Shown piece by piece: positions 1 to 12,879 of a stretch of 64,000 bases of DNA. The notes below the pieces were generated by a model. That model saw only the letters and a list, made by a program, of their open reading frames with translations, had not been told where the DNA came from and made no database searches. The translations under genes were made by a program, and so were the position numbers. The stretch's first letter is position 1, and each line of letters begins with the position of its first letter. The stretch comes from Squalus acanthias (Eukaryota), in NCBI GenBank assembly GCA_030390025.1, contig CM059429.1, forward strand, positions 40,300,001 to 40,364,000, given 5' to 3'.

Positions 1-895
1 GAGATGCTGCTTGGAGTTGCTGCATGAGTAATTTTTCATTTTTGTCTTTTAAAAAAGGATACAACGGGACAGTGCATCTCTAGCCAACGTCATTAAAAAA
101 AGTAGATGTTCCTGAACCTAACCTGTCCTGCCCTGCAGTTTAATAAGGACATGTAGATGCTTTAATGAATAGCAGATGTCTTCAAAATATGCCCAAAAGC
201 ATAACATTCGAATACTGTAGTGTAATTAAAATATCTCAACTGTTCCCTTGGTTATTTTAATACAATAAAGGTAATAAAATGGTTTAATGAATATATGTAT
301 GCCATGTTGAGGAGAAAATGCCTCAGGCAGTGTATCTTGTTATAGTGAATTTGTGGTCTCCGTCTATATTTTAGATTAACAAAAAACAGAGGGGCTGCAC
401 ACGGTATCAGCTCTCTTAAATCAACAGGAAATTAATTCATCAGCAAACCTTAAAGAAAACTCTAAAAACAGTAATGTATTGTCAAACCTTTGAATTAAAG
501 CACAAGTTTAAATGGCTTCATTTTGAAGCTGGTTTTATCAATGCTGTGGAACTAAATACATGGAGCTGGTATAGTTTCACCATGTATGTGATTTCTTGCT
601 GCCTAAGGGCTCCATTCTCCACTTTATACTCACACTGACCGAGTATGTCCCTTAAGCATTAATTGCCAAGCTCACCACAAGAATTTTAAATGAGTAATTC
701 CTTGAATAATTGTACGAGAGTAAAGCTGCATGATTCCTCGTATACTGTATACTTACATTTTGATATACTTTCAAATGTACCTATTCACAAAACAGAAAAT
801 AATAAAAAAAATATGTAGATTTACAAGCAAATTACTAAAATTTCCCTTTCTTTGGTTAGCCAGATCTTATAGAGCATTTAAATAATTATTTAGCT

Positions 896-1146
896 CATTG
901 GTTTTCAAACTGGGGCCTCTGGACCGGAGGGCTTCTATGAGGAGATCCCAGGGGTCCCAGAGATCATCAGATTTCTGCACTTCTCTTTAGTTGTTGACTT
1001 ACTAACATCTTGGCCCCGATATTTACAGGGAGGCAAGTGAAGCTGAAAAAGGCCAAATAACCCATTGAGGTCGGGGACGAGGTGCTCCTGCCCTCATTAA
1101 CATTTTGTAGGTCTGTCCCACACAACAAAAAGTTTGAAAATCATTG
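896..1146. mobile_element. Degenerate hAT/Charlie-like non-autonomous DNA transposon
   Basis: Terminal inverted repeats cattggttttcaaact ... agtttgaaaatcattg (MER5-like ends); 8-bp target-site duplication not clean. Confidence 0.5.
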
Positions 1147-1307
1147 ACTTGGTTACCATAAGTAAAGCTTTGTCCTGCTGCTCTTCATTAACTATCATTA
1201 ACATAATATGCTATGTGCTGCTTGTTCTAACTGTGTGAGATAAAAGCTAATAAATCCTTAATTTTCCTTAAATGGAAAAACAATTCTAAATTAAGGATAA
1301 ATATGCT

Positions 1308-1458
1308 GAGGATAATTTCAACCTAACGCGCCCAGTGAAAAACTGACAGGAGTTTTATACCCCGCCTGATTTTACTTTCCAATGACTTCAATGGAAGAGA
1401 AATCGGGCGGGATGTAAAACGGGCATCCGATCAGATCCTGTCAGTTAAAATTACTCCC
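1308..1458. mobile_element. Short foldback MITE (PIF/Harbinger-like ends)
   Basis: Ends gaggataatttcaac ... gttaaaattactcc. The central near-palindrome ttccaatgacttcaatggaa is shared with copies at ~18.9 kb and ~23.8 kb. Confidence 0.55.
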
Positions 1459-2135
1459 AGTTGTGTCCGTAACTGATTTCGGAGAAGCAGGGGCTTTAAA
1501 CCTAATAAAGGCTCGTTTAATTTAAGGCCTAGCACAGGTGGGGTTAATTGTTACAGTTCCATGGCCTGTGGGATTAATAAAGTGCACTGAGAATAAAGAA
1601 AGAAAAATGTAATGGGAAGACATGGAAAGGGATCACAGTAACTTTCCAGTTACCCCCTGGTTCATTCTTGGATTAAATCCCAGTTTTAATTAGGCTTATT
1701 TGAAAAGGAGCACGGTATATTTCTGCTATTTTATACCAGTATGTTTTTTAGGGTGCAGAATGAAGCGGCACCAGTTCTGCCTGCTCTATTCAGTAAGAAC
1801 TCTTTCACCAAAACCATTCGTTTAACTTGTTGTATTATTCAGTAAGTGAGCCCCAGGCTTTGATGATCTTTAACCTTAGTTACAAGCAGATGAGTGGTAC
1901 TCCTGTAATGCATAAAGTCCAGCCATTACAATGTATAGTTAACTGCAGTGTTTTTCCTATGTTAAGGAAGTCAGTAAATTCTAAGTTACAGTACAGCTAC
2001 TTAAAGCTAAAGTAAGAATCCATTAGAAAGTGGCTCACACATTTAGTGCTTCAAAGCAACTAGATGGCAAAGCAATATTACTAGAACATGTTAATAATAG
2101 TAACTGCAAAGTAGAAGATTTAGCACAATTTATAA

Positions 2136-2755
2136 GGGCCTGAAATTCCTCCAGGGTACCACCAGACTCCCGCCATAACTCCTCAGGAGACCAGCAGAAC
2201 CCACCAGAAAATGTCAGGGACCTAGTTGTGCCTGGTCTGTTGTTTTCTGGATTTTCAGGCCTGCTTTCCAAGGTGTTTAACACGCACAACCCCTTACTGC
2301 TGTTGGGGGAGGGGGGGGGGGGGGGGGGGGTGGAAAGATGCTGGGCCTGGGGAGAAGGACTTCCTATGCTGGGAGTTACCATTTTCCAGGTTCATTTGGG
2401 ATCTGGCATAATGCTGGAGCCTGGTGTTCCCAGTGAGATGAGATATACCAGCATCCAGATGAGAGTAAGTGAACCCCTGAAGAATGGGCAATTAAAAAAA
2501 AAAAAATTGTTGATCGGTGACCTTACACGGGGGCCAAAGGGGTCATGGCTTAGCTCGGGGAGGCCTGGACGTTCCCCACCTCCAGTGGCTGGCAGATGCC
2601 AGATTTTCCAGCTGCATGGAGCCACCGTGTGCCAGAGATGCCTGCCCATGCAAATGAGGTGCTTTCCCATTGACCCGGCAACGCTGCTGGCTTCAGCATT
2701 GGAGGGCACTGGAGAACGCAATCCCTGCCGAACTGCCGTATGGATTTTCGGGGCC
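2136..2755. mobile_element. PIF/Harbinger-type non-autonomous element
   Basis: TIRs gggcctgaaattcc / ggattttcggggcc; TAA on both sides (2133-2135 and 2756-2758), a 3-bp TWA target-site duplication. Confidence 0.75.
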
Positions 2756-3137
2756 TAAATATTTAAAACCATTAATTAAAGCTGTAATCAAATAGAAGTG
2801 GGGACACAGGACGAACCAAAGGAAACTGAGAATAGAGAGTATAAACCTGGGCAGTAGAGTTCATGTAAACAGCAGACTTGAGGTAAATTTTCATTACCTG
2901 TACTTCAGGCATGAGTTTCATGTGCTAGGAGCGCATATGACGAATCTGGGGGGGAGTGGGGGGGGGCGCCATACAATTTCCTGACCATTATTGGATGGAA
3001 AATTGTGGGGAATATGCAGGTGAAATCCCAATATGTGCTCACAGAGTATGGAGAACTGTGCCAAGAGCTCTGAAGATGAAAATTTATCCATTGGTTTTTA
3101 TACTGATAGATGTGTAATTAGCACATGCGTGAGATTA

Positions 3138-3415
3138 TAGAAACATAGAAACATAGAATCTAGGCGCAGGAGTAGGCCATTCGGCCCGTCGAGCCTGCTC
3201 CACCATTCAATACGATCATGGCTGATCATCCAAATCCAGTACCCTGTCCCTGCTTTAATCCCCACAGTACACATATCCCACCCTACCCCCGTAACCCCAC
3301 GTATTTAATTCCCCCTAACATATCCCATCCTATCCCCCCATAACCCCACATATTTAATCCCCCCCTAACACTAAGGGTCAATTTATCATAGCCAAATCAA
3401 CCTAACCCGTACATT
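3138..3415 (-). mobile_element. HE1-like elasmobranch SINE / CR1 3'-tail fragment
   Basis: Tail (tagaaaca)n then ggagtaggccattcggccc...atcatggctgatc (also at 32.9 and 60.1 kb), followed by aagggtcaatttatcatagccaaatcaacctaacc, which resembles the HE1 body. Confidence 0.65.
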
Positions 3416-4017
3416 TTTATCTGCTATTTCCATCAATAATGTCTTAAAATAGAAGAGCTTCCAGATGTAATAAGCATTTTTAGATCATCAGCTTATGTTG
3501 GACATCCTCTCAATTTTTCACAGAATATGTAATCCCATTCTTTGATTGCATTCATTCTTAGAATGGGAAAGTTGACGTTTGACCAGGAATGGAATCTAAA
3601 TATGTTTAAAAAGGAGCATATAATTCAGAAGGCGGGCCCTTTTATTTTGTGCTCTGAAGACTAGTCTGTTTAACTCCAATTCATTATCATGCTTCGGGGA
3701 AAGGTGTCCCCATTGATTTTTCCATTTTGGAAACCAATTGTTCCAGTGACTCCTCTTCAAAAGTAATTAATTGTGAAGTACTTTCAGATATCCTAAAAAT
3801 GTGAAAAAGGCTATATAAATGTAAGTTCTTTCTTTTCTTGTTTGGAAATTTGAGCTCCATTAGGCAAGTGACATCTTCCAGTTCAGCTTTAAATTGTTGA
3901 GCAATCATGATGTTTTTTTTTGCTAAGGATGTTGGCGAACTAATAGTGTTTTGATTAATAGGCATAGAAATAGCCTAATTTTCAGAAGTCTCAGGTATTG
4001 GGAAGATTAAAGGCAGA

Positions 4018-4385
4018 GGAGTAAAAATTGGTTATAAACCATTTTCGGACACTTAACTAGCAGTGTGCCCAAACTAGGAACATCGAGGCCGGCCCAGAAT
4101 TGGGCCTTGGGCCTCATTAACATGACTTGGGCAAGCTGGCGGTACCTGTCATGCCTTCACAGGTAGCTCGCCCATTTTATAAAGATGAATTTTGGGTGGC
4201 TTGCCTCGCTGGCATATGTAAGGGGGCTAACGACTGTTTTAGGCAGCCGCATAGGAAGGCTGAAAAATTGTCTGACCAAATTTCAGGTCGGACTTTTTTC
4301 AGGCGTCCTTGGTCCCCGAAATTGGCTCTTGAAGCATTCATTTTACAGCTGGAAAATGGGTGTAACGAGGTCAAATTTCCACCCC
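4018..4385. mobile_element. Harbinger-like MITE remnant
   Basis: Imperfect TIRs ggagtaaaaattgg ... tcaaatttccacccc around a GC-richer interior. Confidence 0.45.
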
Positions 4386-4489
4386 AAAACTTACTGAGCA
4401 AGGGTAAGATTCATGATTAATCCATTAAATCTCTGATTGTACAAATTCTCTGGGTTTGATATCCTGTTTCCTGCACAATGTAAACTTCT

Positions 4490-5446
4490 TGGAAGACTTG
4501 GAAGGTAGCAGGACACGTAGATAAGGTGGTTAAGGCATACAGGATACTTTCCTTTATTAGCTGAGGCAAAGAATATAAGAGCAAGGAGGTTATACTTGAA
4601 CTGTATAAAACACTAGTTAGGCCATGGCTAGACTACTGCATACAGTTCTGGTCATCATATTACAGGAAAGATGTGATTGCACTAGAGAGGGTACAGAGGA
4701 GATTTACGAGGATGTTGCCAGGACTGGAGAATTTTAGCTATGAGGAAAGATTGGATAGGCCGGGGTTGTTTTCTTTGGAATGGAGGAGGCTGAGGGGAGT
4801 CTTAACTGTATAAGGATTAGAGGGGAGTTGAGGAGAACTTTTTCATCAAGAGGGTGGCGGGGGTCTGGAACTCACTCCCTGAGAGGGTGGTAGAGGCAGA
4901 AACCCTCATCACATTTAAAAGGTACAGGAAACTCTTTATTAACCGGCACCGACAGGACCGGCGTGGTGCCGGTTAATCAAAAAGTCCGGATAACGGAGAG
5001 TTATATCTCCCAACGTACGAGAGCCCCGTACACATTGACATGCGCCTGCATTCGGAGCTCCGTCTCCCCGGGGACCGCCAGCTGACCATCTGTCGTGTCC
5101 GCTGCCTACCCGGGCTGCACATTCCCCTCCCAATCTACACGCTCCGATACAAGGCAAACGCCTTGGGGTTTTTTTTTAAGTTAATTTTAAACGAGAGATG
5201 AAGGAAAACCCCGGTTACCTACTCAAGAATTTTGCCGGTTAAGAGAGATTTCCGGATATTTGGGTGCCGGTTAATTAAGAATTTCCTGTATTTGGATATG
5301 CACTTGAAGTGCCGTAACCTACAAGGCTACGGACCAAGAGCTGGAAAGTGGGATTAGGATGAATAGCTCTTTTTCGGCCGGCACAGACACGGTGACTGAA
5401 TGGCTTCCATCTGTGCCATAAATTTCTATGATTCTTCTATGATTCT
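4490..5446 (+). mobile_element. CR1 LINE 3' fragment, interrupted by a MITE at 4925-5288
   Basis: Decayed CR1 ORF2 C-terminus (LYKTLVRP..DYCIQFWS..RKDVIALERVQRRFTRMLPGL..WNSLPERVVEA) and a (ttctatga)n tail. Confidence 0.9.
4925..5288. mobile_element. Tc1/mariner-pogo (Tigger-like) MITE, 364 bp
   Basis: 26-bp TIRs caggaaactctttattaaccggcacc / ggtgccggttaattaagaatttcctg (2 mismatches); TA duplication at 4923-4924 and 5289-5290. Removing it restores the CR1 sequence tttaaaaggTAtttggat. Confidence 0.92.
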
Positions 5447-5482
5447 ACTTTGCTAGACCACAAAAAATATTGTTGCCTCCCC

Positions 5483-5581
5483 GCCCCGAAATTCCGTCAT
5501 CCGGCCTTCCGGCCCCGAAATTCCATCATTCGGCCTCCCGGCCAGGAAATTCCGTCATTCGTTCTCCCGGCCCGGAAATTC
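5483..5581. repeat. ~29-bp tandem repeat, about 3.5 copies
   Basis: Repeated ccccgaaattccgtcattcggcctcccgg variants. Confidence 0.75.
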
Positions 5582-7640
5582 AAGCATTTTTTAAAGTTTT
5601 GAATTTACTGTTTTGTAGTAAACATAGTTAATGAGGATAGATAGGGTCAGCAATAACAAATCTTTGCAATGGAGTATAGAGCAAGAAGAACATTTACAAT
5701 CTATACTCAGCTTATCTTGGAAAAACCCTATTCTCAAATGAGCCTGGCAACATTTCATTTACAAAAGGAAGTGCTACAATTATTTCAGAAATGCTTTGGG
5801 CACTTTGAGATTATCCCTTATCCAACACATAATTGATAATGACGTCAAATAGGATGGGTGCCAATGACAATTTCAAGTCACTCCCTTTTCAATAGGAATC
5901 TTTTCATCCATGATCAACAACAGACACTAATGGAAAAAATAATTGCAAACCTTTGTGATCAATTCAACCTACTTATCCCACTTCATCTCCCTAATGATGC
6001 ACCCAGCCTCAAGATGCACTAAATTATTATCCACCTTTGCAGAAAATCTTGATTGCTCTGAAGTAGCTGCAAGTCCCACCTTAAAGACCCTCTGCTTCTG
6101 CCTAAGAACTCTCCTTCCCTTCACAGTTTCCAAGATTCTCTGCGACACGTTCAATTATGTATAAATTAATTTAGGCACTTCTAAAGTTTATATTAAAACA
6201 CAAAATGGATTTATGACATGAAGATAGGTTTCAGATACAGGAACCATTAATACAATCATTCACAATTAGTGCGATCAATGAACTTTCTACCCTGAAAAGA
6301 TTAATCCTTAAAGGCAAAAGTCCAAATAGATTGAAATGCATATGGTTAGGGGTTGCAGTAATCCAGGACTTTCGAATTAACTTCACTCTTAGTTGACCAC
6401 ACTTGAATTCAGTTATTCACCATAAAAACAACTGCAGTCTGCTTAATAAAGATAATTGGGAAACCAAGATTTTTTTTCCGACATTAATATCCCATGTTTG
6501 TCGGAAGCAGTCAGAAAAAGTAATTAATTTGAGAGGTATGCCATTGAATATACTGCTTTACCATTTAGGTATTTTTTTAAATAACAAAAATCAGGCTAAT
6601 CATTTGAAAGCTGCAAAAGTTTAGTATTAAAAATAATCCTTTGATTGGACAGCTGGTATAGGGAGACATGGTGAGTAAAAATGGAGAGAATCCTTAAACT
6701 GAACTCTTTCTGTCTAGAAGTATGTAATTTTCAGATGTTTCATTTTCAGATGCAGTTGTATGTGACATTTGATGTCTCCAAAATTCATGTGTAACATAAC
6801 CTGTCAATTGATGTCACTTCCTTTGACTCAGTGTCACTTCTAATATGTAGAATAGTGCTTCTCCCCTCTCATATTTCATCACTTTTGCATTCTCCTCAAT
6901 TCTCAGATTTCAATTGTCAAATTGTTACAGTAACTTTCAGGTTGAATGCCCCGTTTTACTGACAAGACTATTCTATGCACTCTTCCATCTGTAAGCGCTT
7001 CAAAGGTTCATGACCAAGAAATTCTGCCACAGCCACTTTTGGTCAAAGCTATGAAAAGGCACTGAGCAACACTGGAAGAGCGCACAATCAGACACAACTT
7101 CCTATTCTACTCTAGCTCTTAATTATTTTTTCTTTGGAAAGAAAACAGCCTAAAAATTAATGATTAAAATTTCACATGGGAAATATTATATGTAATCACT
7201 CCCTGGGCAAGAAAAGGACAATCTATCATCAATATTGTACCAGTATTTGTGAGGAAACAGAGATTTATGTCACCCATTTCTACAGCAGAATTTAAAGAAA
7301 ACTTTCATCTTAATATGACCCTACAAGAATTTAATTTTGATCGAACAGAATCACTGAAATACAATTTCCTTGTTAAAAAAGGTAAATGAATGTATTAATC
7401 TAAGCAGATGATGAATCTAAGCACTATAACAACACAACAAGATTTTGAATATAGTTGGTAGTACTACAAACCTAAGTGCTAAGACATCTCATTTGGAAGC
7501 TAATCTGACTGCTTACCCCTGAGAAGCTCTAAATATATATGTAAAAGAGATTCAAATTCATCTGGAGCTACTACTGAAATCACAGACGGTGCATGTTGAG
7601 AAAGTAATTCTTCAACACAAAAGTGCTTTGACTAAGGGGT

Positions 7641-9125
7641 AGCCTTGACTCAATGGTAGCACTCTCACCTCTGAGTCAGAAGGTCGTGGGTTCATATCCC
7701 ATTCCAGAAACTTGAGCACATAATCTAGGTGGACACTACGGCCACAATTTTGCTGACCTCGGCGGGTCGGTTGCGGGTCCCGACCCTGCTGCTGGCTCCA
7801 GCCCGCTGTCTGAAATGAATTTCCCTTCACTGGGCTTGTTAAGCCGCCCAGCGCGTTTCCCGGCCAATTAGAGGAAGTGGGTCTGGTGACATCATTTAAA
7901 GGGACCATGGGCAAATTTATTTTGACATTTGTGCTGTCAGTGTTCTACAGCATTGAGGTGCTGCAAACACTGACAATGACTGCACAAAAGGCACAGGGCT
8001 GCACCCAGGCTCTCCCATAGAGGGAGGTCCTCTTCCCTTCCAATGAGCGGAAGAGACTTCCCCAGGAGATCAACATAGCCTGGTTGCACATTGCAGAGGA
8101 GGGCACAAGCAGGGATGTGGTCAGGAGGACCTGGGTGCAGTGCCCCAAATGTTTCAATGATCTCAGTAGATCACGAAACATTAGTACAAAGCCACACTCA
8201 ACCTCATCCTGCTGTGCATCTCATCACATCCCCATCACTCTGCCTTCCCTACCCTACTCCTACACATCCTTACTCACACCAACTTACCTTACACTTCTAC
8301 CCATCCCTCCCTCTCTATCTATATTATCACAGCCCCATCTCACTAGCCACCCCTCACACTCACCCTCATCCTGGTCCAATCATACCAACTATCAACACAC
8401 AAGGGTAGGCACTTGGGTATCTTATGCAATGTCCATGTAAAGTTTCTGTTAATGTGGTGTCAAACATTGAAACCTTTATCTTCAACATTTTGCGTTCTTG
8501 GACAGATTTGTGTGCACCTTTGGAAGTAGCTTCACTGATGTGGTCTAGCAACAGCATGAAACCCGTGGGCGAGCTGTCAAATTCAAAAGGTAAGTTTAAA
8601 ACCATTGTTAAGTGGCTGTAAACAAGCCACTAATCATTTAAATTGGCTCCCCTGTTGGGTCTGCTCAGCGCTGGCAGAACCGACATCGGGAAAGGCAAGT
8701 GCGCACGATTTGACAGCGGGTTCCTGACCCGCTGTCAATCAATTCACATTTAACTACTAACCCACCACCGATCCCGTCCACTGAGCACCGACAAAATTTC
8801 AGCCTTCAGTGCAGTACTGAGGATGTGCTGTGCTGTCAGAGGTGCCGTCTTTCAGTTGAGACATTAAATCGAGGCCCCATCTGCCATCTCAGGTACACTA
8901 CAAAAGATCCCATGGCACTATTTGAATAAGTGAAGGGACGTTCTCCTGGTGTCCTGGCCAACATTAATCTCTCAACCAACACCTAATAAACTGGTCATTA
9001 TTTCATTGCTATTTGTGATATTGGCTGCTGCGTTTCCTACTTTATAACAGTGACTACATTTCAAAAAGTATTTCAGTGGCTGTAAAGGGCTTTGGATGTA
9101 CTGAGGTCATGAAATACGTTTTTTG
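7641..9125 (+). mobile_element. DeuSINE (SacSINE1/AmnSINE1-related) copy split by a Harbinger insertion at ~7740-8804
   Basis: tRNA-like head at 7641-7737; the body resumes at 8805 (cagtgcagtactgagg) and includes the Deu-domain-like aaaagatcccatggcactatttgaa...ggtgtcctggccaacatt. Colinear with the near-intact copy at 55.5 kb. Confidence 0.85.
7740..8804 (+). mobile_element. PIF/Harbinger deletion derivative carrying a Myb/SANT-like gene remnant
   Basis: Imperfect TIRs ggccacaattttgc / gacaaaatttcagcc; target duplication not cleanly resolved. 8021-8173 translates REVLFPSNERKRLPQEINIAWLHIAEEGTSRDVVRRTWVQCPKCFNDLSRS, the Myb/SANT-like pattern AW..IA......RRTW.QC.K.FNDL. Confidence 0.8.
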
Positions 9126-10559
9126 TTCCAGATTTTTATATTGTGTGTAAATGACCACAACATAATGTGAAATCAGAATTAATACTACCTCTGGACAAAA
9201 TTAATATTTTCCAGTTGCGCTCTGTACAATGTTTCCTTTCATTTAAATATAAAAGAGCAGCCACAAAAGCCGACAGAAGTAGTTTTGATTAAGATGAAAA
9301 CAGTCTACTACTACACTAAAAGCAGATGCTCATCCCAATCTAGACTAGCTGACCCCACCCTACAGCTGCTCGTGAGCTCTAGGGACCTGTTTGCCCTCGG
9401 GAACATGATTACACCCAAGTGAAAGTCATGGTTATTGAATGTCTTTACTCTATTGTATTTACTGCGCTGTATTGCATTACTTTCAGGAGTTTATTATATT
9501 ATTTTTGCAGCCACTAAAATTTAACAAATGTGGGGTCGTGCAATTTTAAAAGGACACTCACTCCGCCATTAATAAGTTAAATGGAATGAAAAACAAATAC
9601 ATTCACCCTAAGGATTTCTTATTTTTATTGTAAAAATCCAACCCAATTCAAAAGATTTGGATTTATATCACTGGCCTTTATGAAAATGGCTGTTCTGTGA
9701 AAGTGCTGACATCATTTTTTTATTAGAATTGCAGAAAAAGCTCGTTAGCTACCATCTTTGCCTCAGGCATTTGGAAGAGAGGCAGATTTTATGTATGTAT
9801 TTTTAATCAATTTTAATTTTATGGTGTCCATCTGTTACATTTGATTTCTCTGATAGGTTAGTGGCTGGCTATGTGTCTAATGAATCCACTCCTTTGGTGG
9901 TTTAGGGATCTATTTGTCCAAAGTATGCAAACATAGCTACTGCCTAAACTGTCGTCATCACTACCGAGCTCCATGTTAGATAAGCAACCTTTCATAACTG
10001 ATTTTCTCCTTGGCGGGTACTGATAAATAAATAAACACAAAAGTCAGTTATAATCAGCAATGAAAACTGTCAACATTGCCGACCTATAGGCAGAGATGGA
10101 AGCATGCTTGATGTGGCTACTGTGCACAAATGGGAAAAAGGCAGCATTTCACAGCATGATCATTCCTCATCTTAATTAGAACAAATTCCCCTTCCCCCAA
10201 GCAATAACAGGGAGTAGAGAGGAATATTTGTTAGTCGATAGAGAGCAATGTGTTTTCATTTTGCAAGGATGTTGTTTCAATCTGAATCAAAGGTATTAAA
10301 TACCTGCGGTTGGCACAGAGCTTCACCTGCTGGAATGGACAGGAAATCTTGCAAACCTGTTGACCTCTCCACCCAAATTCCTGACACATGCTCCCAACAG
10401 GTGAAGCTCTGCAGCAGGAGCATGCATGGGTAAAATCCACCATGAAATATGTTGTATTTGATCAAACTATTTTACTGAGTCGACTCTCTGAAGGTTTGCG
10501 TGCCCATACATTACCTCGCTGCCAGCACCATTGACTCCAGGGCTGCTGCTGTATTATCT

Positions 10560-11366
10560 TAAGAGTTGAAATTTCCTGTAGCTCAACATCAATACAACTG
10601 AAGCCACCCTGCTATGTCGGTACCTTTGAGCCTCTAGTTTAAAACCTATTACCTCCTTTGGTTTCTCGCTCAGGCTGAGCCCAGTAGTGTGTAATCTCAG
10701 CATTCTGTTCAATCATAAACTGAGCTTTAAACACCACAACTGTTCCATTGCTGAGACCACCTTCTTCCAGCTCCAGAACTTTCTCCATTTGCGCCTGCTT
10801 GCCACCCCACCACTGCTCAAATCCTCATCCATCAGTTCAAGGACTTATTTCTCCAATGCTCTCTTTCCTGGCCTCACCATCTCCGCCATCAAACTAATCC
10901 AGAACCAATTCCGCTCCCTCACAAATTCCTGCACTCCTTTCACCTTCATGATTAACTGGTTCCCTGCGCCCCAGCAAACTGATTTCAAGATACTTGTCCG
11001 AGTTTTTAATTCTCTTCATGGCCTCCCCCCACCCTACTTAGGAAATCGTCTTCAGCCATATGTTTGAGTCTGAAACCCTCAGTTCTCCTAACTCCGGATT
11101 ACTGCATGCCCTGCCCTCTCTGCTCCACCACTGAAGGCTAATCTTTTAGTCACTACACTGCTGTCCTCTAGACATGCCTTCAAAAAACATTTCTCCTTGC
11201 TACTTCCCCTCTGCTTTTCAAAGGCTCCAAAAAACCTACCCTTTAACTGTGCCTTCAGTCTCACCCCTTCATTTCCTGCTCAGCCTCCAACTCTCTCTTC
11301 TATTGTGTTCTGAGATGCTTTCTTACATGAGGAGTGCTATAGAAATATAAATTGTTGTAGTAGTAA
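10560..11366 (+). mobile_element. L2-clade LINE 3' fragment
   Basis: ORF 10687..11067 resembles the L2 ORF2 C-terminus (NL.ILF...LSF..H, W.P..Q..DFKIL..VF.SLHGL.PPYL...LQPY); L2-type tail gtgctatagaaatataaattgttgtagtag. Confidence 0.8.
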
Positions 11367-11867
11367 TGCTTATAGTACATTGAGTCTGATTTCAAATATT
11401 AAAGTACTGCACATCCATTAGCCTAAACCTGCATTAAATCATTTCCTATTTTTTTCCAATTAAAATTGAATGAAAGAGGTACCATTCAGTGTTCCTGGCA
11501 AGACTTCCTACAATTAATAGACCAGAATTTCTTTATTTCTTTCATTCCTAACACTTTCCTATTCATGCCCCTTGCTGGAGTTACTGCTGTATCATTTGTT
11601 AGCTTCAGCTTGCCTCCTAATTTGTCAGGAACAAATTCTTCTGTTATCCTTACAAGGGTGACACCTGCAAGAATTCTCTGGTAACAGAGGACTGCAATTA
11701 GTCACAAGTTACTGTTGATGTGGAAAGGATTCTTCTGCCTGAAGTAGTTTGTGTGAGAAATAGCCATCTGTGCCATGTCCACACCACAGGGTGCTATAGT
11801 CACAGAATAATGGTATTGTCCAAAGTCCGAGGACATTCAGCTGAGTGTTACCTTGTTGGTATTAAAT

Positions 11868-12837
11868 GCACGAAGGGTTGGTGCACGGTGGGATGGTGCA
11901 CAGAGGGCTGGTGCACGGTGGGATGGTGCACGGTGGGATGGTGCACGGTAGGATGGTGCACAGAGAGTTGGTGCACGGTGGGATGGTGCACGGTGGGATG
12001 GTGCACGGTGGGATGGTGCACGGTGGGAAGGTGCACGGTGGGATGGTGCACAGAGGGTTGGTGCACGGAGGGATGGTGCACGGTGGGATGGTGCACGGTG
12101 GGATGGTACACGGTGGGATGGTGCACAGATGGTTGGTGCACGGAGGGTTGGTGCACGGAGGGATTGTGCACGGAGGGATGGTGCACGGAGGGATGGTGCA
12201 CGGAGGGATGGTACACGGAGGGATGGTGCACGGAGGGTTGCTGCACGGAGGGTTGCTGCACGGAGGGTTGGTGCACGGAGGGTTGGTGCACGGAGGGTTG
12301 GTGCACGGAGGGTTGGTGCACCGAGGGTTGCTGCACAGAGGGTTGGTGCACGGAGGGTTGGTGCACCGAGGGTTGCTGCACGGTGGGATGGTGCACGGAG
12401 GGATGGTGCACAGAGGGATGGTACACGGAGGGATGGTAGAAGGAGGGGTGGTACAAGGAGGGATGGTACAAGGAGGGATGGTAGAAGGAGGGATGGTACA
12501 AGGAGGGATGGTACAAGGAGGGATGGTACAAGGAGGGATGGTACAAGGAGGGATGGTAGAAGGAGGGATGGTACAAGGAGGGCTGGTGCATGGAGGGCTG
12601 GTACAAGGAGGGCTGGTGCATGGAGGGCTGGTACAAGGAGGGATGGTACAAGGAGGGCTGGTACAAGGAGGGCTGGTACAAGGAGGGCTGGTGCATGGAG
12701 GGCTGGTACAAGGAGGGATGGTACAAGGAGGGCTGGTACAAGGAGGGCTGGTACAAGGAGGGCTGGTACAAGGAGGGCTGGTACAAGGAGGGATGGTACA
12801 AGGAGGGATGGTACAAGGAGGGCTGGTGCATGGAGGG
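11868..12837. repeat. 15-bp G-rich minisatellite, about 64 units (ggtgcacggwgggwt grading into ggtacaaggagggmt)
   Basis: Directly visible; it accounts for the repetitive ORFs on both strands at 11720-12952. Confidence 0.97.
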
Positions 12838-12879
12838 CACCATAACAGAATCACAGCCAACTGAACTTTGGAAATTTGA

